Shown here in pieces: positions 50,900 to 62,892 of a DNA stretch of 64,000 bases. The position numbers and the translations under genes are program-made. Source of the stretch: Felis catus (Eukaryota). The DNA is taken from positions 147,560,001 through 147,624,000 of the forward strand of contig NC_058372.1 in the NCBI RefSeq assembly GCF_018350175.1. Reading direction: 5' to 3'. The notes under the pieces were generated by a model. It saw only the letters and a program-made list of their open reading frames with translations, did not search any database and had not been told where the DNA came from. Positions within the stretch are counted from its first letter, which is position 1, and every line of letters begins with the position of its first letter.

Positions 50900-51890
50900 C
50901 CCCTGTGCTCTGTGGGCCCGTCAGAGAAGCAATCTTCATTCTTACTAAATCTGAGTTCTGACCTTGCGTAGTTTATCAACCTCTCCCCGTCAACTTAGAT
51001 TCGGCCATCTTCTTCTGGAGCATTCCCTCCACTGCACCAAGAGCGAGGTTTCTAAACTAAAGCACAAATATTAAGACATTCCCCTTTTGACCTCTTCCAA
51101 AGTTTCCCCGTTACCTTCGCACCTTCTCACGGTTTGTATGCCTTGCACCTGCTAACTTCTCAAAGCTCCTCTCAACTCTCTTGCAAACTCATCCCTCTAG
51201 ATTTCTCCAATCACCTTCCAATCTTAGCACTGAAAGCACCCAGCTGTGTATTTATGTCCGAGCCATTTCTTCTGCCCGGTTCTCCCCATTTCCTCCCAAA
51301 TGGTTTGCTTGGGTAACCATTACAGTGCCTACCTGATAGGTCTCACTTTTCTGGGTTTTGTCTAATTTGAGGATAGTTGGCACACGGTGTTACATTAGGT
51401 TCAGGTGTGCAATGTAGTCTGTATGTTATCCTGTGCTCACCGCAAGTGTGGCTACCATCTGTCACCATCCTCTGTCACAATACCATTGACTCTGTTCTCT
51501 GTGCCGTACCCTGTATCCCCATGACTTACTCATTCCATAACTGGAAGCCTGTACCTCCCATCTGTCACCATACACCTCCATTTTAATACCACTGACTATA
51601 TGCCCGATGCTGATAGGTCACACTTTTACCGTTACCTCCTCGGGCGGGCCTGCCTTCCTTACCCCAATCCTCAGGTGCTCGTTAAATATTCTTTTGTCTC
51701 ACAGTATCTTCCTCCCTCAGACTAACATTTACCTGAGTTATAGTGTTATGATGGCCTGATCACTTTTCTGTATACATTTCCTTATGATACCAGACTTCAA
51801 AACTCCTTCCCTTGTGTTTGTATCTGTTGCACCCAGTAACCTTTCTTGTACCTGGTGGAGCTCTGAAAACACTTGGCCCATTGACTCAAA
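50900..51890 (+). mobile_element. L2 fragments (interrupted by L1_Carn insertion)
   Basis: Pyrimidine-rich L2 body and decayed 3' end. Confidence 0.5.
51351..51609 (-). mobile_element. Carnivore L1 3' fragment with duplicated 5' segment
   Basis: TSD CTGATAGGTC(T/A)CACTTTT at 51333-51350 and 51610-51627. Confidence 0.9.
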
Positions 51891-52940
51891 TTTAACTTGG
51901 GTGACATGAAGTCTGGGAACAGTGGCTCACATTATTGGCCAGTCACGAATAGAAGAAAATGGTTAGGCAAAGTCAGATTTTGTACATGTGTAAATGGACG
52001 TTGGTAGGCTGAATTTCATATGAGAGATCTTTCAGGAACATTATCAATATGAATCAAACACTTTTAGAAGCAAATGCAAATTGAGAAAGCCACATAAATA
52101 TTTTGCAACAGAAATGCACAGTCTACCTTGGCATCAGGAAACTAAATGTACCTGGTACAAAATGCTTTGCTAGTCAGGAAACTATAGGGCAAAAATATGT
52201 AATGTTTTAGATATTATTGATGTGTGTGTTTTGACACTTTATCCATTTAAATCCAAAATTGCTTTTTGGTGGGGGGCAATACTTCCCAAATCTACCCCAG
52301 TAAGTACAGGCAAATGTAGTGTCACTGATTTTAGGAAGAATAAAGAATAAGGTAAATCATACTAACTAGAATTATATATCAGCCTTGTGTAAAATAAAAT
52401 CTTTTTTTGGCCAGAAAAATTAAATAAGTAAAACATATTTATGTAATTATATATATATTTAATTAAATGTACTTAATTATAAGTTAAAATATATTGCATA
52501 TTTCTTTGCAACTTACAAGATGACAGAATAACTCAAGAATAGACAAAAACTGTTTTCACACTGGTTTTATTCTACTGGAATTAAGAGACATTTTTAGAGT
52601 CACACATACCGAACAAATCATTTTATTGTTTAATAATCCAGCTCTTCGAAATTGAAAACATATTTTAATTTCAATGAAACAAATGTTATTTGCTCCTAAC
52701 ATGTGTCTGACAGGCACGAGGACATAAATTCCAAGAGAGATGAGTCTCTGGCTCCAGAGCGGGACTGGAAGGAAAACAAAAGCGAAGAGTTGTTCGCAGA
52801 CCATTTCCATACAACGTGGAGAACACTGATGGAAGGTATGGATGCCCATTGACTCATTTTATCCTTGCCATCTAAGAAGCAAACGTTGACTCTGGCACTG
52901 TGTTTAGTCACTATTGTAAAGAAAAAGAAACTGGACCTCA

Positions 52941-53148
52941 GGGCCACCCGGGTGGCTCAGTCAGTTGAGAGCACGACTCTTGGTTTTTTGCTCAGGTCAG
53001 GATCTCACGATTCGTGAGTTCGAGCCCCGCATCTGGCTCTCCCCTGCCGGCGCAGAACCCACTTGGGATCCGCTGTCCCCCTCTCTCTGCCCCTCCTCCA
53101 CTCGCACTCTCTTTCAAAAAATAAAAAGAAACACTAAAAAAAAAGAAA
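52941..53148 (+). mobile_element. CanSINE
   Basis: TSD AAAGAAACTG(G/A)ACCTCA. Confidence 0.95.
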
Positions 53149-53174
53149 GAAAGAAACTGAACCTCAGACCGTGT

Positions 53175-53342
53175 GTAGCCAATATCATATTGGATTGTGT
53201 CTTATCCTAATGACTTCATTTGAACATAATCAGCTCTTTAAAGACTCTGTCTCCAAATAAGCCACATTCTGAGATACTAGGAGTCAAACTTCAACATATC
53301 AATTCTGGGGGTTGAGGGGGGGACACGGTTTAGCCCATAACA
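53175..53342 (-). mobile_element. MaLR LTR fragment (MLT1B/C-like)
   Basis: TCCAAATAAGCCACATTCTGAGATACTAGG...CTTCAACATAT...GCCCATAACA. Confidence 0.8.
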
Positions 53343-53344
53343 GG

Positions 53345-54380
53345 GGTTAGATATTTAAAAGCCCTATGGATTTTTATTGCCTTTAAGAATCGTCCTGAAG
53401 CTCCCACCAGATACGCTAAAAAAAGTTTACTATATAATTACCCTGGATATACTTGACTGCCTCATTTTTTCTTTCTTTATGTCCCTTTATTTCTTTCAAT
53501 GCTCTTTTACAAAGTCGGTAGAGATGTTTGCAATTTTCGCTTGCGGAGTAATTTCAGTTTGTATCTTGGACCTTTGACGTTATGGGATGCTGGGTCTCGT
53601 TTATAGTCTATAGAGAATGTCAGCATTTTTGTGGGCCGCGGTTGAAATGTCAGCTCTGCTTCCAAAGCCATTGCAGCAATATCCGTTCTGTTGCTGGCCT
53701 CTGAGAAATGGTCAGCACGCCAGGATGCACCTGCAGCAGTTCATAAACCTGCCTCCAGGGCGGTTCTCCCGAGCTGCTCCCTTTCTAGGACTTATAACAT
53801 CAGCGCTTACCCCTTCCCGAGGCTCCCCTTTCAATTCTGCCAGAAACTCACCACTTCCATGGTTGTGCCATCTCTGGGCCCTGCAGGGAGGGGGATGCAT
53901 GGAGAGGAATAGAGGCCATAGGGTCTGACGCTTCCGTCCCAGAGACGCAGCTCTACCCCACCAAGGAAGGCTCCCTTCCTGGGAATTTTGATTCCTGCAA
54001 CTTCGTTCCTGAAGCTCTTGCCCTGCCATCGCCTCTGCCTGTGACAGCCCAGGGACTAAGACATGAACAAAGCGAGACAATGGAAGGAAGAAAATCTTGG
54101 AGGATTCCCCCCATTCTTTCTTGAGACTTAGAAATTTCCTTTTCCGTTCCAGGAGCAGGAACTAGAAGGTGTGCCCAGCATCTCTCCCACCGGCCCTGCA
54201 TGGTCACGTCTGGGTTTAGACTCTGTTTTGTCCACGCCGGGGGATACTAGAAAGGAAATCGTATGCCCATCATCCCCGTTGGGCTGTACCTGCGTTCTGG
54301 TGACCCCTGGTTCACCTGGCCACACGCACCACTCAGCATTCTCCATAGCAGGCTTTATAGTCGAGTTCGGTGAGAATTAA
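53345..54380 (-). mobile_element. Old L1M 5' region, antisense
   Basis: GC-richer L1 5' UTR-like sequence ending CAGGCTTTATAGTCGAGTTCGGTGAGA. Confidence 0.5.
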
Positions 54381-54814
54381 GCATTATTGTTGTTATTCTT
54401 TATCATCGTTAGTGAAGCTTTTGAAAATGATTCTATTTACCTACACGTCTCTCCCGACTCCCAGAGTGGTGCATCTAACTACGCTTTCTAAATAGTTCTT
54501 CCTGACACGGGCATGTAGGAGTTACTAAATGTTTGGTAGAAGTATGGATTAATGAGTAAACGTGGGGATTCCTATACCATGGGCTCGTCAACTTCTCCAT
54601 AAATCCATCCAACTCAGAAGTCTGGACATTCATGCTTCTCTCTCATTCCTTCCCCCATTTGAAAATGATTCTGTTTGCTATTTGATGTTTTCACTTTCGT
54701 GGATTATGTACCCATGCTTTCACAGTTTTTCTGTTTTCTCCCTATTTATTTGAAGAGCTCTTTCTGTTTTGTGTAACAAAAAACAACACTTTGTCACATA
54801 TATCAAACCCCTGC

Positions 54815-55033
54815 TTTTTTCTTTTTTTTTAACGTTTATTTATTTTGAGGGAAAGAGAGAGGGCAGAAGGAGAGAGAGGCAGAGAGAGAGGGAGAAAGAG
54901 AAAGAATGACAAGCAGGGTCTGCACTGTCAGCCCAGAGCCCAACATGGGGCTCGAACCCGTGAACCACGAGATCATGAGCTGAGCCGAAATCAAGAGTTG
55001 GATGCTTAACTGACTGAGCCACCCCGGCGCCCC
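54815..55033 (-). mobile_element. CanSINE
   Basis: Antisense SINE head CTGAGCCACCCCGGCGCCC. Confidence 0.95.
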
Positions 55034-55115
55034 ACTCCTGTTCTTTTCAAAGACCGAGACCTGCGAACTCTGCTTTGGCTCCTGTTCGTTATTGCTTTAT
55101 TCATGAATTTCCATC

Positions 55116-55557
55116 TGTTAAAATAAAAAACAAACCGAGACAAGTCGTAAAAATTCCCTGAACAAATAAAACCAGTTGAGCCATACAAACAAAGCTTAAT
55201 TTAGCTTATTTTGCAAGCCTAACTCGATGGGAATCCTTTATCGCTCTGCCTCTGGAAATCATAAGCACAACTTGAACTGTTTTCTAAGGCTGATGTGAGG
55301 TAACCACTGACCAATTCCCTATCATGTAAGAAAACTCTGGTATTATAACCAATCCCTGTGAAGAATAAACAGTCGCTGCTCTCTGACTACATAAGCTGCT
55401 TTATAATTCTACACCCCTGAGCCTCATTCCATGTTTCAGTTTGAGTGCTCCCAGTTTGCCAACTGTCTTTCTGGTGTGTGCACAATAAACTTGCCCTGAT
55501 TACTGCTGCGATGATGATTCATTGGTTTTACTTCTGTTTTTTTATGAACTTGTGACC
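55116..55557 (+). mobile_element. ERV1-class solo LTR (MER34/MER39-like)
   Basis: Starts TGTTAAAATAAAA; CCAAT at 55311 and 55349; AATAAA at 55484; 4-bp TSD CATC at 55112-55115 and 55558-55561; 3' CA appears mutated to CC. Confidence 0.7.
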
Positions 55558-55659
55558 CATCCATAGTTCTTCCCATTCTTTGTCTTTTATCACTATTGGT
55601 GTCACCTTCCTCTCTCACGTCGCGTCCTTTGGCATGAAAACAGGCTGTGTTATACTGGC

Positions 55660-56080
55660 ATGAGAAATCTGCTTTTATGTTCCCTTCTCCCTCAGGGAAT
55701 CTCCCCATTCCTCTGGCCCCCTTGCAGAAAGAAAGACTGAAAGGGTCTGTAGATGTCTACTTAACGCTTCCCATTCACTGCTGTCATACTCGAATCTTCC
55801 TTCCACCGTAATGACACTTGTCAAGGTTAAACACCACCTGCACGTTGCAAAATGCAATGGTCACTTTTCACCTCTCCCAACCTCTTCAAAACTCCTTCCT
55901 TTGGATTTCTGCACATTTCCGTCACTTGCTGCTCCCAGAAGGATGGTTTCCCTCCACCCTCTTCTTTCTGGTGCTCAGTGTTGGACTCTTTCCTGGCTAC
56001 ATCCTCCCCATGCTCCTCTTCTCTTTCCATGTTCATGGTTACAATTCTCAGGAAACTAGGAGCAGAGATGGCCTTCCTCA
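55660..56080 (+). mobile_element. L2 fragment
   Basis: CTTGTCAAGGTT...CACCTGCACGTTGCAAAATGCAATGGTCACTTTTC L2 motif. Confidence 0.65.
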
Positions 56081-56139
56081 ACCTGGTAGAAGCTATCTCC
56101 AGAAGTCCTATGGATCCCATCATTCAGACTGGTGAGAGA

Positions 56140-57580
56140 CCAATTACTTTTCCCCTAAGATCTGATGTAGGTGTGGTTGTCCACATGTAACTCCTATTCA
56201 ACAAATTCGTGGAAGGGCTGGGATGTGTAGTAAGGCAAAAGGAGGAAGCAAAAGGCACGTGGACTGGGAAGAAAGAAACAAAAGCGTCCTGTTTGCAGAC
56301 AACATGATTGCTGTGTTAGATATTCACAAAGAACCCCGGAGAAAGAACTAGAACTAAGATCACACAGATCGTAAGGTAAGTTTTCAAAGAGCACACAAGC
56401 AATGAACAATTTGAAATCACAAAAATTTAATTGCCATTGAAAATGGACCAAACACCATGAAATCATTTTATATAAGTTTTTCGAAATGTGCGTAAGATCT
56501 GTATGCTGAAAACTACAAAATAATGACAAAAAAAATCAAGGAAAATCTAAATAAATGGAGAGGAGCGTCACATTGGTTGATTAAAAGACTCGATATCATA
56601 TCAGCATCCGTCTTCAAAAACTTATCTATAGATTCAGCTCAATTTGAGATAAATATTAGAGAAAGTTTTTCTATAAATTAACAGGATGATCCTAAACCTT
56701 ATACAGAAATGAAAAGAAACTAGAATAGCCAAATTTGAAAATGAAGAAAGTTGAAGAACTTATAATAGCATCTAAGTTAAATATTTACTATAAAGTTAAA
56801 CTAATCAACCGACACAGTATGTTTGGAAAAAATATTACCTATTGGGTCAATGGGACAGGAAAGAGAGTCCAGGAATAGGACCATAGAGACCATCACTTGA
56901 TTTTTAGGTAAAGATGCAAAGATAATTCAATGCAGAAAGGATAGTCTTTTCTAAGAATGGTGCTAGAATATTTGGGTATCTACAAGAAAATAAAAAAGTT
57001 GATCCATATCTTGCATCCAATAAAAATTTAACTCAAAATGGATCGTAAATAGACACGTGAAACTAGAAGAAAATCTTGGTGATTTTTAGCTAGGCAGAGA
57101 TTTCTTAGACATGGCCCCAGAAAAATGGCCCATCTAAGACAATATTGATTAATTGAACCTCATCAAAATTAAAAACTTACACCTTTGAAAACCACTCATA
57201 AAAAAAAGAAAAGAAAAGCACTCTTAGAGAATACACACCCACCAACTGGCAGAAAATATTCGCAAATTACATATTTGAAAAAGAGCTTGTATCCTAAATA
57301 TATAAAGAACTCTCAAAATGCAATAGTAAGCAAACAACTCCTTTTTTAAATGACCAAAATATTTGAGCAGGAACTTCCAAAAAATGACAAATGGATATCA
57401 AACAAACATATTGAAACATGCCCTACAGCTCTTGTTATTATGGAAAAGAAAACTAAGATGACAATAAGAAACCACCACACATTTATTAGAATGGCAGATA
57501 AAAATTAATAAAACCAAGTACTGACAAGAGCAAATGAAATTCTTCTACATTGCTGATGAAAATGCAAAATGGCACACCTA
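56140..57580 (+). mobile_element. Old L1M ORF2 3' half
   Basis: CTGTTTGCAGACAACATGATT (RT FADDM-like); AAGATCTGTATGCTGAAAACTACAAAA. Confidence 0.85.
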
Positions 57581-57729
57581 GTAAGAGAAACACAAACAAA
57601 AAAAAATTGTAAGGTCAAGAGAGGTGTAGAGTTTGAAGAAGGAAGAATGAATCCACCAGCTCGAAGGCTACTGAGAAATCATGTGAGACAGAGTGGGAAC
57701 TGAAAATTGGATTTTGCAAAATAAATTAT

Positions 57730-57769
57730 TACTCAAGATTCTCCGGATAAACACAATCGACACAGAACC

Positions 57770-57820
<51 letters not shown>

Positions 57821-57995
57821 TCAAATTTGTTTTACTCATCATGGAGGCTGAGAAGTCCTATCATCAGCCATCTGCAAGCTGAAAACCCAAAAAATCCAAT
57901 GGTATAACTCCAATCTTGTTGAAAGGCCTCAGAACCAAGGGAGTTGAAGAGTTCCAAGAGCAGAACACAGATGTCTCAGCTCAACAGGCAGGCAG
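57730..57995 (-). mobile_element. MLT2-type ERVL LTR fragment with (CT)n
   Basis: ATGGAGGCTGAGAAGTCC...CCATCTGCAAGCTG...GAAAGGCCTCAGAACCAAGG. Confidence 0.75.
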
Positions 57996-58254
57996 AAAGG
58001 AGGTTGGCAGGAAAGTGAGATGGCTTAGTTCACAGGGAAGAGGTAAACACGAGTCCAGGTAATGATTTCATTTTCATGAGCCAGCATGTAGACCTATATC
58101 TATATCTATATATATGTTATGTAAGGTGTATATGTCTATAGAGTGTGTAGATGCATATGTGAAGCGAAATGTAGTGAAAAATAGCAAATGATGTTCTTCT
58201 GCCACAGTGTACATAACAACATGCTTTGAGAAGTGTATCATTCCTTGTTTTCAT

Positions 58255-58466
58255 TAACAATTATTTAACATTTTCTTTTCTGAGAGACGGAGAGAGACAG
58301 AGAACAAGCTGGGGAGGGGCCGAGAGAGGGAGACACAGACTCCCAAGCAGGCTCCAGGCCCCGAGCCATCAGCACAGAGCCCAACGCAGGGCTCGAACCC
58401 ACGAACCTTGAGATCATGACCTGACTGACGTCGGATGCTCAATCGACTGAGCCACCCAGGTGCCCC
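58255..58466 (-). mobile_element. CanSINE
   Basis: Near-TSD TGA(G/A)AAGTGT(A/G)TC. Confidence 0.95.
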
Positions 58467-59180
58467 TGAAAAGTGTGTCCTTTCTTAAAGTTCATCATCT
58501 TTGAACCTCTACAGTGAGGAGAACAAATATATCCCTGAGAAAAGCCATACATATTTGAGGAGTTATCTCATTTATGGTCTCTGCTGTTCATGGACAAATG
58601 GGATAACAGTCCTATTTTTTCCTTTTTTATTTTTCTTTCCAGGATAGCAAACAGGTTTTAAGGCATGTTTTTAAATTTTGCTCCCATGAGAAAGCAAAAA
58701 AAAATAAAATAAAATAAGCAAACAAAAAATAAAGCACCTAAGATAAATTACAAAAGCAAGAGGGATTGGCAGGATTTGACGTGGATGCATTTTCCCTATT
58801 TTAAAACTAAACTTTAAGGCGAAAATCTTAGCGGAACAAGTTCAATGCCAATATTTGAAATTCCCAATATATAGAACTCACAAAACATAGGCTTTTCCTG
58901 TAACTAATTAAATAAACAGCTATTTTTAACCATTCACACAAGGCACTTGTCAACTTTCCTTTCCCAGGGATTCAGGTATCCATGGCTCCCGCTCAGCAAA
59001 TGTGTCCTTTCTCCTGTGCCTGTCCGGTATGTGTCACTCAGCACAGAACACAGTCCCCTTGTTATCCATGAGCAGGGGGCACGTGTACAAATAATTTCTC
59101 AGGAAGAATATACTTTAGAACAGTATGCACCATTCTGCTTACTCAACGGACACTCGATTCTATTAAAAATCTTAGGGGCT

Positions 59181-59400
59181 GGGGCGCCTGGGTGGCGCAG
59201 TGGGTTAAGCGTCCGACTTCAGCCAGGTCACGATCTCGCAGTCCGTGAGTTCAAGCCCCACGTCAGGCTCTGGGCTGATGGCTCAGAGCCTGGAGCCTGT
59301 TTCCGATTCTGTGTCTCCCTCTCTCTCTGCCCCTCCCCCGTTCATGCTCTGTCTCTCTCTGTCCCAAAAATAAATAAACGTTGAAAAAAAAATTTTTTTT
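59181..59400 (+). mobile_element. Young felid CanSINE (SINEC_Fc)
   Basis: GGCGCAG..CTTCAGCCAGGTCACG variant; TSD AAATCTTAGGGGC at 59167-59179 and 59401-59413. Confidence 0.97.
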
Positions 59401-59408
59401 AAATCTTA

Positions 59409-59534
59409 GGGGCACCTGGGTGGCTCAGTCCACTGGGTGTCTGACTTCAGCTCAGATCATGATCTCCTAGTTCGTGGGTTCGAACCCTGCATCCGGCTCT
59501 GTGCTGACAACTCAGAGCCTGAAGCCTGCTTCAG

Positions 59535-59574
<40 letters not shown>

Positions 59575-59640
59575 CCTCCCCTGCTCATGCTTTGTCTCTC
59601 TCTGTCTCTCAATAAATAAATAAATGTTAAAAAAAATTGT
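59409..59640 (+). mobile_element. Older CanSINE
   Basis: TSD TTAAAAATCT(T/C)A at 59163-59174 and 59641-59652. Confidence 0.95.
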
Positions 59641-60127
59641 TTAAAAATCTCAGACAACCTCAGAGTCTTAAATAGTGGAGTCACTACCCGACGAATTTCT
59701 TTTTTCTTCGGTACAGTGGAAAAGAACCAAGCTGATGCACACAGAGAGAGGTGAATTTTCATCCGTAATTCCTTTATGAAATTATTTATTCTCTCTTTGT
59801 AGTTCTAGCAGTCAGACTAGACTAGAAGCTAGAAGCTAACGACACAATTATTTATCTGAATCTTTTCTTCAGTGGGCTTGGGAAAGAAAAAGTGAAAGGA
59901 GACAGGAGGTGAACATGTCATATCCGTTCATTCTGTCATGACCCACTCCAGCCACTTCTCCTGTATACACCTGCAACACTGAGGCAGTATTCACATATTG
60001 TTGTGACCATCAGAAGTGTGGCTCAGAAAGCTTCTGTTTCTCCTCCTGAATATGGCCCGGAAGTTCCTTACACCCCAACTTCTTATCTTGTGATTTTCCT
60101 AAAAAGAAGGAATTGGAGGGGTGACCA

Positions 60128-60330
60128 GAGCCTCCGACTTCGGCTCAGGTCGTGATCTCACGGTCCGTGGGTTCGAGCCCCGCATGGGGTCCTCTGCTGT
60201 CAGCACAGAGCCCGCTTCAGATCCTCTGTCTCCCTCTCTCCTGCCCCTCCCCTGCTTGCTGTCTCTCTCTGTCTCTCTCACTCTCTCTCTCGGTCTCAAA
60301 AATAAACATTAAGAGAAAACTTTAAAAAAA
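60128..60330 (+). mobile_element. 5'-truncated CanSINE
   Basis: Starts at CCTCCGACTTCGGCTCAGG; near-TSD AAG(G/C)AATTGG. Confidence 0.92.
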
Positions 60331-60919
60331 AAAGCAATTGGCAGATTTTACACTTTCAACATTCTTATTCTGTAATTTCCCTTGAGAAAAAAGGCAATGT
60401 GAGAATTTATCCTGTTCTCAGCCATAGGCAGACAAATTAACATTTACTGTTACCTCAAGATTTTTGCATTAAATGCTAAAATCCGCATGATTCCTCCCCC
60501 ACCTGTACCCCAAAACATGTGCTTTCATACTTGAAAATGAGTGCTTCTCTGGTGGTTTCCAGAAGCAGAACTTTCACGGGAAAAGCACTACACATTTATC
60601 ATATTAAATGTTGACTTTAGAAAAGAAGTATATTGACAAATACGGGGTTACATCAAAATAATTATTTTCTCTGTTGCATTGATTCTATCCTGGTAAATAA
60701 CCAGATTATTTAGAGTAAAGATTTCTGTGTGATCTCTGTGTTTTAATATAATGATATTTATTAATCATTATTTACCCTATTGCAAATTGGAATGAAGTAA
60801 GTGCCCAGCGATAATGGATTGACCTGATTTATTTTAGGACAGTTACAGATGGAATAACACACATTGGTTGAAAAATCTTCGCCATGAGAAGATTATTCAG
60901 TTACATGAGAAATATTTAA

Positions 60920-61147
60920 ATTTTTTTGATGTCTATTCATTTTTGAGAGACAGAGAGAGACAGAGCGTGAGCAGGGGAGGGGCAGAGAGAGACAGAAAGA
61001 GAGAGAGAGAGAGAGGGAGACACAGAATCCGAAGCGGGCTCCGGGCTCCGAGCTGTCAGCACAGAGCCCGACACGGGCCTTGAACTCACAGACCTCGAGA
61101 TCATGACCTGAGTCCCACTCTTAACCGACGGAGCCACTCAGGCGCCT
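60920..61147 (-). mobile_element. CanSINE
   Basis: TSD TACATGAGAA(A/C)TATTTAAA. Confidence 0.95.
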
Positions 61148-61526
61148 CTACATGAGAACTATTTAAAATATTACTTTAAAGCATGATTAAAATTGTACGT
61201 AGAGAATGAAGCCTATGCAAGTGTGCATGTGTGAACGTGCGTGCACACACTCACACACACACACGTAGAGAATTACTGCAGTTTCTCCATGCTTGGACAG
61301 TGAGAAATCATCAGATGTTTTCCAGCAAGATTAATGAAGATCAGGTGTGCACTTTAGCAGGAGCAATGTGACGTCACGGCGAAGGACTTATTACAGGGAC
61401 CGTGGCTGGGGCAAGAGAGAAATTAGGAGGTTACTGCCGTGGACAAGCTTTGGGGGCGGGGGTCAGGATCTGAGCTAAAGCAGGAGGGGCGTGGAAGGGA
61501 AAGAAAAAGAAAGGAGTAAAACGTTA

Positions 61527-61728
61527 CCCGGGAGGCTCAGTTGGTTAAGTGCCCGTCCTTTGATTTCAGCCCAGGTCATGATCTCCCAGTTAGTGGTTCA
61601 AACCACCCCCCCCTCCACGCGACTCTGCTCTGACAGTGGGGAGCCCGCTTGAGATTCTCTCCTCCTCTCTCTCTCTCTCTCTCTCTCAAAAACTAAATAA
61701 ATGAACATTACAAAAAACTTTTTTAAAA
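61527..61728 (+). mobile_element. CanSINE (diverged)
   Basis: Near-TSD GAAAGGAGT(A/G)AAA. Confidence 0.9.
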
Positions 61729-61740
61729 CGAAAGGAGTGA

Positions 61741-62760
61741 AAGGAGGAAGTGGCAAGGTCCCTGTCCCTATAGATGGCGAGAGGCTCGCTATCTATGTTC
61801 TTTGTGTGTCTGCAGGTGTGAACTACCTTGAGGGGCACGCTAGCTGCTTGGATGCCTGTCTGAAATCTCACAGAAACAACTGCCAGACGTCAGCTCCCGG
61901 GAGGGAGGTATCTAAGGGGCTCCTCGAAGCAGGCACGCTGTCCTCTCTCCGGCTCTGTCTCCCCCCAGCCTCTGGTGCGGCACAGGGCCTCAGCAGACAA
62001 ACGATCGATGCTGCTCATTTACAACTGGCGGGAAGAATGCAGGCCGGGTGCCGGGCTCCTGTCCCAAACAGGCAGGGTGTCCTTGAATCTTCCACAGTCC
62101 GCTTCCCCTGGTCTCTTTTGCCAGGGTTCAGACGCATATCACTTCTGTGTTTGACTGCCGATGGTTCAATATTTGCAATCGGGTACATCGAGCCAAACCC
62201 TAAGACAGCTCACAGCATTTAAAATTGGGACAAACGTGCTGTGGGCCTCAGGGAAGCAAGGGATTTCCCCAAAGAACCTATTAGTTGCCCAGAATCCAAT
62301 AGTGGTCAGGAACGGTAGCTAAATTTCCACTGGTTCCCTCCTGCGAACGCTTCACGAAGAACAATTGCCTCCCAAGTAAGGAGGAGGTAATCAATATCAG
62401 TCTCTCCCCCCGACCAGTGCCGGGTCTATGAAAGTTCACAGTGGCCGAGTTTGACAGAACATTTCACCTTGTCTGACTTAAAAGTTATTGAGTTTGATTT
62501 GTACCCTGAGACACAGTATTAGAAACGCTTTGGTTGCTACGGCGCTTGCTAAAAATAGAGATGAAATCAGATGCGGGAATCAAGAACCTAGCAGTGTAGT
62601 AGCTGGACCAGGTGAGTCCGCTCAACCTGACAGTGAGGGCACAGCACAGACGTCTAGAACGGAGGGCAACGAAGGGGGGGGGGGGGCCCGGGAAACTGGG
62701 CCTCGAAGAGACCGGAAAGGCCCTCACGTTTAAAGAAAATCCAGGGACGTTGGAGCCCCA
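61741..62760 (+). promoter_or_regulatory. Weak CpG-rich candidate promoter region
   Basis: About 40 CpG in ~1 kb by hand count, no recognisable repeat; CCAAT ~62296; X-box-like GTTGCTACGGCGCT at 62533-62546. Confidence 0.6.
62547..62611 (+). other. Putative non-coding first exon (start uncertain) of an unidentified gene extending beyond the window
   Basis: Perfect 5' splice site CAG|GTGAGT at 62611/62612, ~65 bp downstream of the X-box-like motif; both nearby ATGs close before the donor. Confidence 0.5.
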
Positions 62761-62892
62761 TCTGAATAAATGACCGTGTTTCTGACCTAAAGGAAAACTT
62801 GTGTAATGGGCCTTTTATTAGCTTTAGGCAACAGATATACAGAAAACCACATTCATTTTTCACTCTAAAGTAGCGTTTTTTACAAAACTTCC

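Noticed and set aside
61701-62222. Longest ORF in the window (173 aa)
   Set aside because: Starts in a SINE tail, no recognisable domain, lies in GC-rich promoter-like DNA where stop codons are rarer
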